The notes beneath the pieces are model-generated. The model searched no databases, was not told the origin of the DNA, and saw only the letters and a list, made by a program, of their open reading frames with translations. From assembly GCA_035274105.1 (NCBI GenBank), contig DATEOM010000412.1, forward strand, positions 1-48,247: a DNA stretch of 48,247 bases, written 5' to 3'. This DNA is from Microbacterium sp. GTDB lineage: Bacteria; Actinomycetota; Actinomycetes; Actinomycetales; Microbacteriaceae. The position numbers were made by a program, and so were the translations under genes. Positions 28,037 through 37,633 of this stretch are shown piece by piece (the stretch's first letter is position 1; every line of letters starts with the position of its first letter).

Positions 28037-29073
28037 CCGACGGCATCGCCGGTACCGGCATCAAGCTCGGAACGACTCTCTACTCGATGACGAGCGAGTT
28101 CGCCGCGGGCCTCTACACGCCCGAGACGCTCATCGCCGCCGTCGCCGAAGAGGGCATCGGGCCCGGCGTGGAGTTCAACATCGCCCAGTTGCTGCGCACG
28201 TACCCCGACGTCGACCACGAGTTCGTGAAGCTCTGGTTCGACTCGCTCGAGAAGTACGGCCTCGAGGCGAGCGCTGTCGGCACGAACCTCGACATGGGGC
28301 GCCGTAAGGACCGCGACATGACACCGGACGAGGAGCACGACTTCTTCGCGCGCCAGCTCAAGACCGCGAACACCCTCGGGTTCAAGAAGATCGTCATCCG
28401 GTCGGCTGGGAAGGAGCTGCTGCGGCGGCTGCTTCCCCTCGCCGAGCAGTACGACCAGTACCTCGGTTACGAGATCCACGCGCCGTCGGGACCCAACGAC
28501 CCCAAGGTCGTCGAGATCCGCGAGGTGTACGCCGAGCTCGGGAGCGATCGCCTGGGCTTCACCGCCGACTTCTCCTCGACGATGCACAGCCTGTCGCCGA
28601 CGCTGCTCGCGCAGCTGGGCAAAATGGGGATGGACGAGAAGCACTTCACCGTCATGGACGAGATCTGGCATGAGCCGACGCCCATGCACGTGCGCAACCA
28701 GAAGTTCGAGGACTACCTCGTGAGCGAGGGCGTCGACCCCTTGACGTTCGGCCCGTTCACGCGCCTCGCCTTCAACATGCACGGGCTCGTGCCGGCGGAG
28801 GAGTGGCTCGACATCATGCCGCAGATCTTCCACGTCCACGCGAAGTTCTACGACATCGGCGCCGACGGCGAAGAGCCCGCCATGGACATCCCGCGCATCG
28901 TCAAGCAGTTCGTCGTGGGCGGGTACCAGGGCTACCTGTCGAGCGAGTGGGAGGGCCATGCCTTCCAGGATCTCGGCGAGGCTGACCCCATCGACCTGGT
29001 GAAGAAGCAGCACGCGCTCATGCGGCGCGCCATCGAAGAGACCGTCGCCGCACGCTCCGGCGCAGCGGTCTGA
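28033..29073 (+). CDS. carB: C-glycoside deglycosidase alpha subunit (TIM barrel), second copy
   Basis: KLGTTLYS, GPGVEF, EIHA, ADFSSTMHS, AFNMHG, HVHAKFYDI, SSEWEGH. AGGAG RBS. Confidence 0.85.
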   Translation: MTDGIAGTGIKLGTTLYSMTSEFAAGLYTPETLIAAVAEEGIGPGVEFNIAQLLRTYPDVDHEFVKLWFDSLEKYGLEASAVGTNLDMGRRKDRDMTPDEEHDFFARQLKTANTLGFKKIVIRSAGKELLRRLLPLAEQYDQYLGYEIHAPSGPNDPKVVEIREVYAELGSDRLGFTADFSSTMHSLSPTLLAQLGKMGMDEKHFTVMDEIWHEPTPMHVRNQKFEDYLVSEGVDPLTFGPFTRLAFNMHGLVPAEEWLDIMPQIFHVHAKFYDIGADGEEPAMDIPRIVKQFVVGGYQGYLSSEWEGHAFQDLGEADPIDLVKKQHALMRRAIEETVAARSGAAV

Positions 29074-29093
29074 GGCCGGCGAAAGGAACAGTC

Positions 29094-29510
29094 ATGGCCA
29101 CGCACAATTCCCTCTTCGCCGACAAGGACGTCCGCCGCACCGACAACGGTCTCGCCGTCTCGGTGCAGCTGCCCTGGTACCGCAGCCTCTGGCTCTCGGC
29201 CGTCGACGGGGTCGCGGCATCCGTCAACGGTGTCGCGGTCCCGACCGAGAACCTGCGATTCGCACTCAACGGACGCGAGTACCGCGTCGAGGAGCTTCCC
29301 GAGCAGTGGGACACGCTCTGGTTCGTCGCCGATCGACCCGATGTCCTGATCGACCTCGGTCGTGCGCCCGAGCCCGGCGAGAAGCTCACCGTCGAGGTCG
29401 CCCTCACGATGCGTCTGCTGTACATGCAGATCATGCCCGGCACCGACGGCGGCCCGGGCCGCTACGTCACCAACCGCGTGCCGGTCGAGCGAGACGTCGT
29501 GCTCGCATGA
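29094..29510 (+). CDS. carC: C-glycoside deglycosidase beta subunit, second copy
   Basis: MATHNSLF...QLPWYRSLWLSAV...TLWF...RLLYMQIMPG. AAAGGA RBS. Confidence 0.85.
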   Translation: MATHNSLFADKDVRRTDNGLAVSVQLPWYRSLWLSAVDGVAASVNGVAVPTENLRFALNGREYRVEELPEQWDTLWFVADRPDVLIDLGRAPEPGEKLTVEVALTMRLLYMQIMPGTDGGPGRYVTNRVPVERDVVLA

Positions 29511-30712
29511 CACTGCGGGTGGCCATGATCGGCTATGGGTTCATGGGCGCCGCGCACTCGGTCGGGTGGCGGCAGGCGCCGCACGTGTTCTCGCTGCCGG
29601 ACGACGTCGAGATGGCCGTGATCGTCGGCCGCAATGCGGAGGCGGTCGCGGATGCCGCTGCCCAGTGGGGCTGGGCGGAGTCGGCGACCGATTGGCGCGA
29701 GGTGATCGCGCGCGACGACATCGACATCGTCGACATCGTGACGCCGGGCGACTCGCACGCCGAGATCGCGATCGCGGCGCTCGAGGCCGACAAGCACGTG
29801 CTGTGCGAGAAGCCGTTGGCCAACACCGTCGAGGAGGCCGAGGCGATGGCCGAGGCCGCGTCCCGCGCCGCCGCGCGTGGCGTGCGGTCGATGGTCGGAT
29901 TCACCTACCGCCGCGTGCCCGCCGTGACGTTCCTGCGCGACCTCATCGCGCAGGGCGCCGTCGGTAAGATCGCGCATGTGCGCGCGGCGTATCGCCAGGA
30001 CTGGCTGGTCGATCCCGAGATGCCGCTCGCCTGGCGTCTGCAGAAGGAGCACGCCGGCTCCGGTGCGCTGGGCGACATCGGTGCCCACATCATCGACATG
30101 ACGCAGTTCGTGACCGGACTCGACGTGACCGCCGTCTCGGGCGTCGTCGACACCATCGTGAAGCAGCGCCCGCTCGAGGGTGAGAACCGGTCCCTGAGCC
30201 TGTCGAAGGGGTCGGGCGCCGCGGCCGAAGGGTACGGCGAGGTCACCGTCGACGACATCGCGATCTTCACCGGTCGCCTGGAGTCGGGCGCGCTCGTCTC
30301 GTTCGAGGCCTCGCGGTTCGCGACCGGTCGCAAGAACGACCTGTCGATCGAGGTTTCCGGCTCCACCGGCGCGTTGCGGTTCGACCTCGAGGACCTCAAC
30401 ACGCTGTGGTTCTACGACCGGACGGCGCCGGAATCGACCCAGGGCTTCACGCGGATCCTCGTTACCGAGGCGCAGCATCCGTACGTCGCCGCCTGGTGGC
30501 CGGCCGGTCACATGCTCGGCTACGAGCACGGGTTCAGCCACCAGGTCGTGGACCTCGTGACCGCGATCAGCGAGGGCACCGACCCGCACCCGTCCTTCGC
30601 CGAGGGGCTGTCGGTGCAGCGCGTGCTGGCCGCGGTCGAGGAGAGTTCGCAGAGCGGCGCCGGATGGGTACGCGTCGATGCGCCGGTCGCCGCCGAGTCG
30701 ACAGCGGGATGA
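29507..30712 (+). CDS. Gfo/Idh/MocA-family NAD(P)-dependent oxidoreductase
   Basis: IGYGFMG, CEKPLA, GFTYRRVP, YRQDW, GSGALGDIGAHIID, SRFATGRKN, WWPAGH.LGYEH. Confidence 0.92.
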   Translation: MTLRVAMIGYGFMGAAHSVGWRQAPHVFSLPDDVEMAVIVGRNAEAVADAAAQWGWAESATDWREVIARDDIDIVDIVTPGDSHAEIAIAALEADKHVLCEKPLANTVEEAEAMAEAASRAAARGVRSMVGFTYRRVPAVTFLRDLIAQGAVGKIAHVRAAYRQDWLVDPEMPLAWRLQKEHAGSGALGDIGAHIIDMTQFVTGLDVTAVSGVVDTIVKQRPLEGENRSLSLSKGSGAAAEGYGEVTVDDIAIFTGRLESGALVSFEASRFATGRKNDLSIEVSGSTGALRFDLEDLNTLWFYDRTAPESTQGFTRILVTEAQHPYVAAWWPAGHMLGYEHGFSHQVVDLVTAISEGTDPHPSFAEGLSVQRVLAAVEESSQSGAGWVRVDAPVAAESTAG

Positions 30713-30769
30713 CCCGTTGCCTCCGGCGACTCGCCGGATAGGTTCATACAACAAAGCGAAGGAGCTTCG

Positions 30770-31777
30770 ATGCCTCGTCCGATCACCCTCTTCACCGGCC
30801 AGTGGGCCGATCTGCCGTTCGAGGAGGTCGCGCGGCTCGCGGGAGAGTGGGGCTTCGATGGCCTCGAGATCGCCTGCTGGGGCGACCACATCGACGTGTC
30901 ACGGTGGGACGACGCGGAATACGTGCAGTCCCGCAAGGACATCCTCGAGCGCCACGGCCTCAAGGTGTGGGCGATCTCGAACCATCTGACCGGCCAGGCG
31001 GTGTGCGACGACCCGATCGACGCCCGGCACAAAGACATCCTCTCGGCGCGGGTCTGGGGAGACGGTGAGCCGGAGGGCGTGCGTCAGCGGGCCGCGGAGG
31101 ACATGAAGAACACCGCGCGGTTCGCCGCGAAGCTCGGTGTGAAGACCGTGAACGGCTTCACCGGGTCGTCGATCTGGAAGGCGGTCGCGATGTTCCCGCC
31201 GGCCTCCGACGAGTGGATCGCAGCCGGATACCAGGACTTCGCGGACCGGTGGAACCCGATCCTCGACGTGTTCGAAGAGGTCGGCGTGCGGTTCGGACTG
31301 GAGGTGCACCCGAGCGAGATCGCCTACGACTACTGGACGGCCAAGGCGACCCTCGATGCCATCGGCCATCGCAAGAGCTTCGGCCTGAACTTCGACCCGT
31401 CGCACTTCATGTGGCAGCAGCTGGACCCGGTGGCGTTCGTCCTCGACTTCGCCGATGACATCTTCCATGTTCACGTGAAGGAGTCGATCACCAACCTCGA
31501 CGGCCGCAACGGCGTGCTCGGATCGCACCTGCCGTGGGCGAACCCGCGTCGCGGCTGGACGTTCGTGTCGACCGGGCACGGCGCGGTGCCGTGGGAGCCG
31601 CTGTTCCGCGCGCTCAACGCGATCGGCTACGACGGGCCGACTTCGATCGAGTGGGAGGACGCCGGCATGGATCGCCTCGACGGCGCTCCCGAGGCGATCG
31701 AGTTCGTCCGCAAGCTCAACGCGATCACGCCCCCCGCCGCGGCATTCGACGCCGCGTTCTCCACAAAGGCTGACTAG
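30770..31777 (+). CDS. Sugar phosphate isomerase/epimerase (xylose-isomerase-like TIM barrel)
   Basis: [53 protein letters not shown]. Confidence 0.88.
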   Translation: MPRPITLFTGQWADLPFEEVARLAGEWGFDGLEIACWGDHIDVSRWDDAEYVQSRKDILERHGLKVWAISNHLTGQAVCDDPIDARHKDILSARVWGDGEPEGVRQRAAEDMKNTARFAAKLGVKTVNGFTGSSIWKAVAMFPPASDEWIAAGYQDFADRWNPILDVFEEVGVRFGLEVHPSEIAYDYWTAKATLDAIGHRKSFGLNFDPSHFMWQQLDPVAFVLDFADDIFHVHVKESITNLDGRNGVLGSHLPWANPRRGWTFVSTGHGAVPWEPLFRALNAIGYDGPTSIEWEDAGMDRLDGAPEAIEFVRKLNAITPPAAAFDAAFSTKAD

Positions 31778-31785
31778 GTCTCGAC

Positions 31786-31821
31786 CCGAAGGGTCCCGGA
31801 TCCGCCTGGGACCCTCTTCGG
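31786..31821. terminator. Stem-loop downstream of the isomerase gene
   Basis: CCGAAGGGTCCC...GGGACCCTCTTCGG imperfect inverted repeat. Confidence 0.45.
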
Positions 31822-31858
31822 CGTGCCTTCGCACGCCCTGCACGAAGGAGTGTTCCGC

Positions 31859-32728
31859 ATGACCGACGTCCTGAACGCGCTCATCCTGTCGGGTCACATG
31901 ACCCGCGAGCACGACAACGAGTTCCGCAGCTTCCGTCAGCACAACCAGTGGCTCACGACGCTGCTCGAAGACACCGGGCGCTTCCGGGTCCGCATCGTCG
32001 AGGATCCGCGTGGGCTCGGCGCCGACATCATCGACAAGTACGACGTCGTCATCGTCGTCTTCGAGGGCCGCGACGGCTACCACGAGAAGGCGGTCGGCTT
32101 CGGAACGGAAACGGATGCTGCGCTCCTGAAGTTCGTCCATGACGACGGCAAGGGCATCGTGTGGTTCCACGGCTCCGCCGCGCAGGAGGACGACTGGGGC
32201 TACCCCGACGAGTACAACGTCATGCGCGGCTCCCGTCTCACCGTCGCCGGAGGACTGCGGCCCCGCCCGTGGGGTGAGGCGCAGCTCGACACCGTCGAGC
32301 CGCGGCACGCGATTACCGAGGGCATCAGCGCCCGGTGGACGGTCACCGGCGACGACATCCTCACCGGCGTCGAGATCGCCGAGGGCGCCCAGGTGCTCCT
32401 CACGACGTACGACGACCTCGAGTCGTACGAGAAGGCGCCGATGTGGCCGATGTCGCACTACCCGGTGGCGATCCCGCCCGAGGGCGTCGCGGCGCTCCCC
32501 GGCATGAACACGGATCAGCCGATCGCCTGGATCAACGAGTACGGCGCCGGCCGGTCGTTCACGATCACGATCGGCCACGACATCGACACGTTCCGCCGCA
32601 TCGAGTTCATCCGCATGTTCCCGCGCGGCGTCGAATGGGCGGCGACCGGTGAGGTCACCCTCGACGGTCCCGACCGTCGGGGCGAGCGCCGCTTCCTGCC
32701 CTGGCCGTACTACAACCACGAGGACTGA
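31859..32728 (+). CDS. ThuA-like domain protein (class I glutamine amidotransferase-like fold)
   Basis: LILSG..H, LLEDTGRFRV, KYDVVI, FVHDDGKGIVWFH, HAITEGI, PIAWINEYGAGRSFTITIGHD, RGVEWAATG. GAAGGAG RBS. Confidence 0.75.
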   Translation: MTDVLNALILSGHMTREHDNEFRSFRQHNQWLTTLLEDTGRFRVRIVEDPRGLGADIIDKYDVVIVVFEGRDGYHEKAVGFGTETDAALLKFVHDDGKGIVWFHGSAAQEDDWGYPDEYNVMRGSRLTVAGGLRPRPWGEAQLDTVEPRHAITEGISARWTVTGDDILTGVEIAEGAQVLLTTYDDLESYEKAPMWPMSHYPVAIPPEGVAALPGMNTDQPIAWINEYGAGRSFTITIGHDIDTFRRIEFIRMFPRGVEWAATGEVTLDGPDRRGERRFLPWPYYNHED

Positions 32729-32743
32729 GCCCGGGACGACGCA

Positions 32744-32770
32744 GGGGCCGGACGCGTCGCGTCCGGCCCC
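32744..32770. terminator. Hairpin between convergent genes (likely bidirectional terminator)
   Basis: GGGGCCGGACGCG-T-CGCGTCCGGCCCC perfect inverted repeat. Confidence 0.7.
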
Positions 32771-32794
32771 TTCGTGCGGTCGAGCGACCCGCGG

Positions 32795-34234
32795 TCAGCG
32801 GGCCGTTCCCACGGCCGACAGTGCGCGCTGCGCAAGCGCGAGGTGCGCGCGGGTCGTCGCTGCGGGATCGGCGTCCAGCCACTCGTGGCCACCCCACTCG
32901 CTGGTGAGGGTGCCGGCGAAGCCGGTGCGTCGCAGGGCCGCACCGATGTCGGCGATCGGCGCGGAGATGCGGCCGTCGGCGTCGTCGAGGTCCCAGAACT
33001 TCAGGTGCACGCCGGCGGTGAGCGGCAGCAGCGGCTCGAGGTCGGCGACGTCGGACCGGCCGAAGCGCACCAGCAGGTTCATGAAGAGCGTGTGGACCGC
33101 CGGCGGCACGCGACCCGCGCGGAGCGTGGCGATCACGGCCTGGTGGGTCTCGGGTGCGCGCCACTCGGTCTCGAGCCGGCGCAGCAGTTCCTCGTCGACG
33201 CCACCCCGGCGGAGCTCGTCGAGATACGACGGCGGCAGCGAGGGCATGAGCAGGCTGATGTCGATCAGCACGCGGATGCGGGGGTCATCGAGTCCCCGCA
33301 GCAGCTGGAGGTTCGCCGCGACCGCAGGCACGTCGAGCGTCTGCTGCCCCTGGATCTCCTCGTAGAGAACCACGTCCAGCTCGTCGAGCACGGGCTGCGC
33401 GAGGCGCAGCAGCTCCGGACCCGTCTGACCGAACGGCACGCGCACACCGCGGGCGCCCAGCCGGGCTGCCGCGCGCAGCTGCGGCACGAGGAACGCGAGC
33501 CGCTCCTGCTCGGTGCGCCGATACGTCGGCGAGATCCAGTCGTCGAGGCTCGCGCCGACGATCGTCACGGCGCCGCCCGCCGAGGCCAGACGCTCGCGGA
33601 ACGCATTCACCTCCGCGTCGGACGGCTCGGGGAACGAGCGCCACACCTGGCCCGCCTCGATCTCGATGGTCGATGCGACGCCGTCGGCGACGACGCCGAT
33701 GGCGATCTCGTCGGCCGTGCGCTCGGCACGGATCACCTCGGGCGTCCAATTGAACGCACTGGCTGACAAGGTCCAGTCACCGGGAGCGTGGTTCGGGGGC
33801 GCGCTCGCCGGCTCGCGAACGGTCGTTCGCCCGGCCGTCGATTGCGGGCGAACGGATGCTGCGTCCCCGAGCGCGAGCGGCCGTTCGGCGCGGAACGGCA
33901 GGGCCAGCGGCCCGGACGGCCCGGCCTGCAGGTAGGGCACCACGAGCACGAAGGACACCGAGACGTCGTGGGCGCCGGGCGGCAGCATCCGTTCGCCGTG
34001 CAGTTCGAGCCGGTCCTGGATGAACCACCAGCCCTGCTCGGCCTGGAGGGCGTCGGATTCGACCTCGCGCTCGTCGAGCCGGACCATGACGGGAACGGGG
34101 GATCCGTCGACCTGTACCGCGAGCTCCGTGACGGCGGCGAGGGGCATCGACCGGATCCACGGCAGGCTCACGCGCAGGGCGAAGCCCGAGTCCGTCGCGA
34201 CGAGCGCATCGTCCAGCAGCAGCGGCAACGCCAT
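32795..34234 (-). CDS. Divergent C-glycoside deglycosidase-like beta-alpha fusion 3
   Basis: Beta-like RVSLPWIRSMPLAAV...VDG...WWFIQDR...VPYLQ; linker; alpha-like LSASAFNW, TIEIE, EEIQG, IDIS, VHLKFWDLDD, GFAGTLTSEWGGH. Confidence 0.7.
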   Translation of the reverse strand: MALPLLLDDALVATDSGFALRVSLPWIRSMPLAAVTELAVQVDGSPVPVMVRLDEREVESDALQAEQGWWFIQDRLELHGERMLPPGAHDVSVSFVLVVPYLQAGPSGPLALPFRAERPLALGDAASVRPQSTAGRTTVREPASAPPNHAPGDWTLSASAFNWTPEVIRAERTADEIAIGVVADGVASTIEIEAGQVWRSFPEPSDAEVNAFRERLASAGGAVTIVGASLDDWISPTYRRTEQERLAFLVPQLRAAARLGARGVRVPFGQTGPELLRLAQPVLDELDVVLYEEIQGQQTLDVPAVAANLQLLRGLDDPRIRVLIDISLLMPSLPPSYLDELRRGGVDEELLRRLETEWRAPETHQAVIATLRAGRVPPAVHTLFMNLLVRFGRSDVADLEPLLPLTAGVHLKFWDLDDADGRISAPIADIGAALRRTGFAGTLTSEWGGHEWLDADPAATTRAHLALAQRALSAVGTAR

Positions 34235-34291
34235 GTGTTCACTCCCTCGTGTCGGCGCCGGCAGGGCCGGCTTCAGACAGGAAGCTACACG

Positions 34292-34334
34292 CTTTTGTTG
34301 ATTTCTGTAAGAAGTTGTCGGCGAATGACGAGAG
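34292..34334. promoter_or_regulatory. Candidate degenerate ROK operators
   Basis: CTTTTGT-N9-TAAGAAG (34292-34314) and AAGTTGT-N9-ACGAGAG (34312-34334), upstream of fusion 3. Confidence 0.4.
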
Positions 34335-34336
34335 TC

Positions 34337-35614
34337 CTACGCCACCGCTTCGAGCGCGCCGCGGATCGCGGTGACGGAGGGTCGTCCGTCGCCGAACCAG
34401 CGGGGGAAGGTGACCTCGAACAGCTGCTCGCGCACCATCTCGACACCGCCGCGCAGCGGCTCGCGCCGGTCGTTGACGGACTGCGCGATCGTCAGGTCGC
34501 GCGTGGCGAGGGGGAGCGACAGCTCGTAGACGCGCTGACGCACCTCGGCCAGCAGCAGCTCTCCGGCGCCGGCCATGGCGCCGCCGATCACGATGACCGA
34601 GGGGTTGAACATGTTGACGAGTGCGGCGATCGACTCGCCGACGACGCGTGCCGAGCGCTGCACGAGCCGGATCGCGAGGGCGTCGCCGTTCTCGGCCGCG
34701 ATCGAGATGAGCTCGGGCGTGAGTTCCTCGCCGTCGGCGACGGCGGTGGCGAGCACACCCGTGGCGCCAGCCTCGATCTCGGCGAGGGCGTCGCGGATCA
34801 TCGCCCATCCGCCGGCGACGGCTTCCAGGCATCCGATCTTGCCGCAGCGGCAGAGGGCATCCGAATCGCGCACCCGCACGTGACCGATGTCGCCGGCGGC
34901 GCCGTTGACGCCACGGTGGATGCGCCCGTGCGAGAGGAGCCCCGCGCCGATGCCGGAGCCCATCTTGCAGTAAATCAGGTCGAGACGGTCGTCGTCGCGG
35001 CGGGCGCGCTCCCCGAAGGTGAGCAGGTTCACGTCGTTGTCGACCCACACGGGTGCGTCGTAGCGCTGCTCGAAGCGGCGCCGCACGTCGAAGCCGTTCC
35101 AGCCAGGCATGATCGGCGGTGCGACCGGGCGACCGCTGTCGAAGTCGACCGGGCCGGGCACGCCCACGCCGATGCCCCAGACCGGCACGTCCGGGGTGCG
35201 TGCGAGCACCTCGTCGATCATGCTCAGGGCCTTGTCGAGCGTCTCTGCGGGGCCGCGGGCGACGTCCCACGGCGAATGCCCCTGATCGATGACGTCGCCG
35301 TCGAGGAGTGCGACGCCGACGTGGATGTGGAGCGCACCGAGGGCGCAGACGACGATGCGTCCGGCGTCGCCGCGGAAGCGGAGGGTGCGCGGTGCGCGGC
35401 CGCCCGACGAGGGGCCGAACTCGCCGTCGGCGAGGTAGCCCATCTCGATCGCGTGATCGACGCGCTGCGTCACGACGCCACGGCCGAGACCGGTCACGCG
35501 GCCGATCTCGGGACGGGTCGCGGCTTCGCCGGTGCGAACCATGTTGACGATGCGAAGAAGGCTCGTCATCTCGTCGGTCTGTGCGCCGAACCGCAGGGTG
35601 GACTCTCTGGCCAT
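34337..35614 (-). CDS. ROK-family transcriptional regulator
   Basis: TRPEIGRVTGLGRGVVTQRV...SSGGRAPR, GVPGPVD, DNDVN, GSGIGAG, GAAGDIGH, CRCGKIGCLE. Paralogue of the 15387 gene. Confidence 0.92.
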   Translation of the reverse strand: MARESTLRFGAQTDEMTSLLRIVNMVRTGEAATRPEIGRVTGLGRGVVTQRVDHAIEMGYLADGEFGPSSGGRAPRTLRFRGDAGRIVVCALGALHIHVGVALLDGDVIDQGHSPWDVARGPAETLDKALSMIDEVLARTPDVPVWGIGVGVPGPVDFDSGRPVAPPIMPGWNGFDVRRRFEQRYDAPVWVDNDVNLLTFGERARRDDDRLDLIYCKMGSGIGAGLLSHGRIHRGVNGAAGDIGHVRVRDSDALCRCGKIGCLEAVAGGWAMIRDALAEIEAGATGVLATAVADGEELTPELISIAAENGDALAIRLVQRSARVVGESIAALVNMFNPSVIVIGGAMAGAGELLLAEVRQRVYELSLPLATRDLTIAQSVNDRREPLRGGVEMVREQLFEVTFPRWFGDGRPSVTAIRGALEAVA

Positions 35615-35662
35615 GGTCGATTCTTACATAACACTGCATGCCAGACGCGGAAATCGTGACCT

Positions 35663-35706
35663 CTATAGTCAAACGGCCTCACACTTAGGTACGCTTCCAG
35701 CCGAAG
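35663..35706. promoter_or_regulatory. Candidate tandem ROK operators in a divergent promoter
   Basis: CTATAGT-N9-TCACACT (35663) and CTTAGGT-N9-GCCGAAG (35684), 21 bp apart, before an AAGGAGG RBS. Confidence 0.4.
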
Positions 35707-35719
35707 TAAGGAGGCGTCC

Positions 35720-36754
35720 ATGATTGGTGGTGTGGGCATCATCGGCGCGGGTCCCGGAGTGGCGGCACTGCATCTTCCGACGCTCGGGCGCCTGAGCGAC
35801 GCGTTCCGCGTGGTGCACGTCGCCGACGGCGGCAGCGGCCGGTCGGCCGCACTTGCGGCGCGCGTCGGTGCCCGCTCGTCGACGGGTGCCGAGGCCATCA
35901 TGGCGGATCCGGAGGCTGAGGTCGTCGCGATCTGCAGCCCGCCCGCCGAGCACGCGAAGCAGATCATCGCGGCCGTCGCCGCGGGGAAGCGCGCGGTGTT
36001 CTGCGAGAAGCCCCTCGGCACGACTGTCGCCGAGGCGGAGGAAGCCGTCGAGGCGTGCCGTCGTGCCGGGGTGCCGCTCATCGTCGGCACCAACCACTAC
36101 TTCGACCCGGCGTGGGGCCGGGCCAAGCATCACCTCACCGCGTCGGGTGGACCGGTCGTCTCGATCTCGGTCACGCTCGCGCTGGCGCCCAACACGCGGT
36201 ATCACGAGCTCGTCACCGAGCTGCCCGCACCGGCGGACGCCGGGCGGGGCGCTCCCGACCTCACGCGCGCCGAGGTCGCCGCGGGCGTGGTGCGTCAGCT
36301 TCTCACCGGCCTCGCGATCCACGATCTGCCGCTCGTGCGCGATCTCGTCCCGCGCTTCGAGCGCGTCGTCTTCGCGCGGGCGCTGCGCCCGCTCGGGTAC
36401 GCGGTCGGCTTCGTCGCCGGCGGGGTCCCGGTCCAGCTCACGACGGTGATGCTCGCGGAGGGCGCCGACACGCTCTGGCGCATCGCCGTCGCGACGGCCT
36501 CCGATCGGCTCGATGTCAGCTTCCCGCCCCCGTTCGTGCACGCCGGCGGAGCGCGGGTGCGCGTGCGCGCCGCGGACGGCCGCGACACGATCTACGCACA
36601 CGATCCTGCCGACGGATACGTCGCCGAGTGGCGCGCCCTCGCGGAGCTGCTCGACGCCGGCCTGCCGGTGGAGTACGACGAACTGCTCGACGACGCCCGC
36701 TACGCCCTGCGGCTGGCGGACGCCGCGGCCGAGCTGATCGGAGCCGCAGCATGA
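35720..36754 (+). CDS. Gfo/Idh/MocA-family oxidoreductase
   Basis: GIIGAGPG, AICSPPAEH, FCEKPLG, VGTNH.FDP, IHDLPLVR. Confidence 0.85.
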   Translation: MIGGVGIIGAGPGVAALHLPTLGRLSDAFRVVHVADGGSGRSAALAARVGARSSTGAEAIMADPEAEVVAICSPPAEHAKQIIAAVAAGKRAVFCEKPLGTTVAEAEEAVEACRRAGVPLIVGTNHYFDPAWGRAKHHLTASGGPVVSISVTLALAPNTRYHELVTELPAPADAGRGAPDLTRAEVAAGVVRQLLTGLAIHDLPLVRDLVPRFERVVFARALRPLGYAVGFVAGGVPVQLTTVMLAEGADTLWRIAVATASDRLDVSFPPPFVHAGGARVRVRAADGRDTIYAHDPADGYVAEWRALAELLDAGLPVEYDELLDDARYALRLADAAAELIGAAA

Positions 36755-37527
36755 CGACGCCCGTTCGCACCGACCTGGACGCCTACCGCACCGCGGTGGC
36801 CGAGCTGCCGGAGAGCGCGATCGCGAGCCCTGACGTGGAGGGCGCCATCGCCGTCGTGCCCGGCGGCGACGCGTGGTGGGTGGCGGCGTCGGAAGCGATC
36901 GCCGCCGGCGCGGCGGCGGTCATCGCCGCGCAACCTGCCGTCGGCCCGATCGAGGCGCTCGATGCTCTCGCCTCGCTCGCCGGAGCCGTCCCCGTGGTCG
37001 TGGAGCGCCCGCTGCTCCGCGCCGACATGGTCGCCGCAGTGGGTGCGTCGATCGAGGAGCTCCCAGCTCCCGGCGCGCTCGTCGTCGAGTGCCATGCGCC
37101 CGCGCGCTCGCTCGGTCCGGCGTTGCGCGACGCGATCGGGTGGGCGCGGGTCATCGCCCGCACGCCGCTCGCACCACGGACGACGGAGTCGTGGGGAGGC
37201 CGCGTGCTCGCCCTCCTCGACTCCGAGCAGGGCTCTGCCGTGTCGATCGCCGCCGCCGTGCAGCCGGGCGCACCGTCCCCCGGCCGTCTGCGGATCACCT
37301 CGATCGCCGCGACGCGCGTCGAGGTCGACGCGGATCTCGCGACCATCGTGGCCGTCACAGATGCCACGGGTCGACGCATCCTTCCCACGCGCTTCGAGAG
37401 CTCCGAGCGCGTCGCGCTGCGCCGCGCGATCTCGGCGATCCGCACGGCCGAGCGACCCTCCGATCTCGCGGATCTGCGCTATGACACGGGTCTTGCCGCG
37501 ACGCTGCTGTCCGCGCTTCCCGCATAA
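36751..37527 (+). CDS. Hypothetical protein, possibly a degenerate Gfo/Idh/MocA-like partner
   Basis: ATGA-coupled to the upstream oxidoreductase with GC3-rich codons. No intact Rossmann glycine motif. Confidence 0.55.
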   Translation: MTTPVRTDLDAYRTAVAELPESAIASPDVEGAIAVVPGGDAWWVAASEAIAAGAAAVIAAQPAVGPIEALDALASLAGAVPVVVERPLLRADMVAAVGASIEELPAPGALVVECHAPARSLGPALRDAIGWARVIARTPLAPRTTESWGGRVLALLDSEQGSAVSIAAAVQPGAPSPGRLRITSIAATRVEVDADLATIVAVTDATGRRILPTRFESSERVALRRAISAIRTAERPSDLADLRYDTGLAATLLSALPA

Positions 37528-37569
37528 ACGTCGGTGATCCGGGGGATAGGCGATATGGGATTCCTCGAT
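37524..37569. promoter_or_regulatory. Candidate LysR (nod-box-like) sites
   Basis: ATA-N9-GAT (37524-37538), ATA at +22 (37546), ATG-N9-GAT (37555-37569). Same 31-bp spacing as at 5451/5482. Confidence 0.5.
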
Positions 37570-37633
37570 ATGCCCGAGTTCGGCGAAAGTGGTTGACGGG
37601 ATCACCCCGATGACTCACCGAAAGGGATCGAAG

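Noticed and set aside
29507-31777. Inositol catabolism (iolG/iolE-like pair)
   Set aside because: The families are broad, no iolB/C/D genes are present, and the context favours keto-glycoside metabolism.
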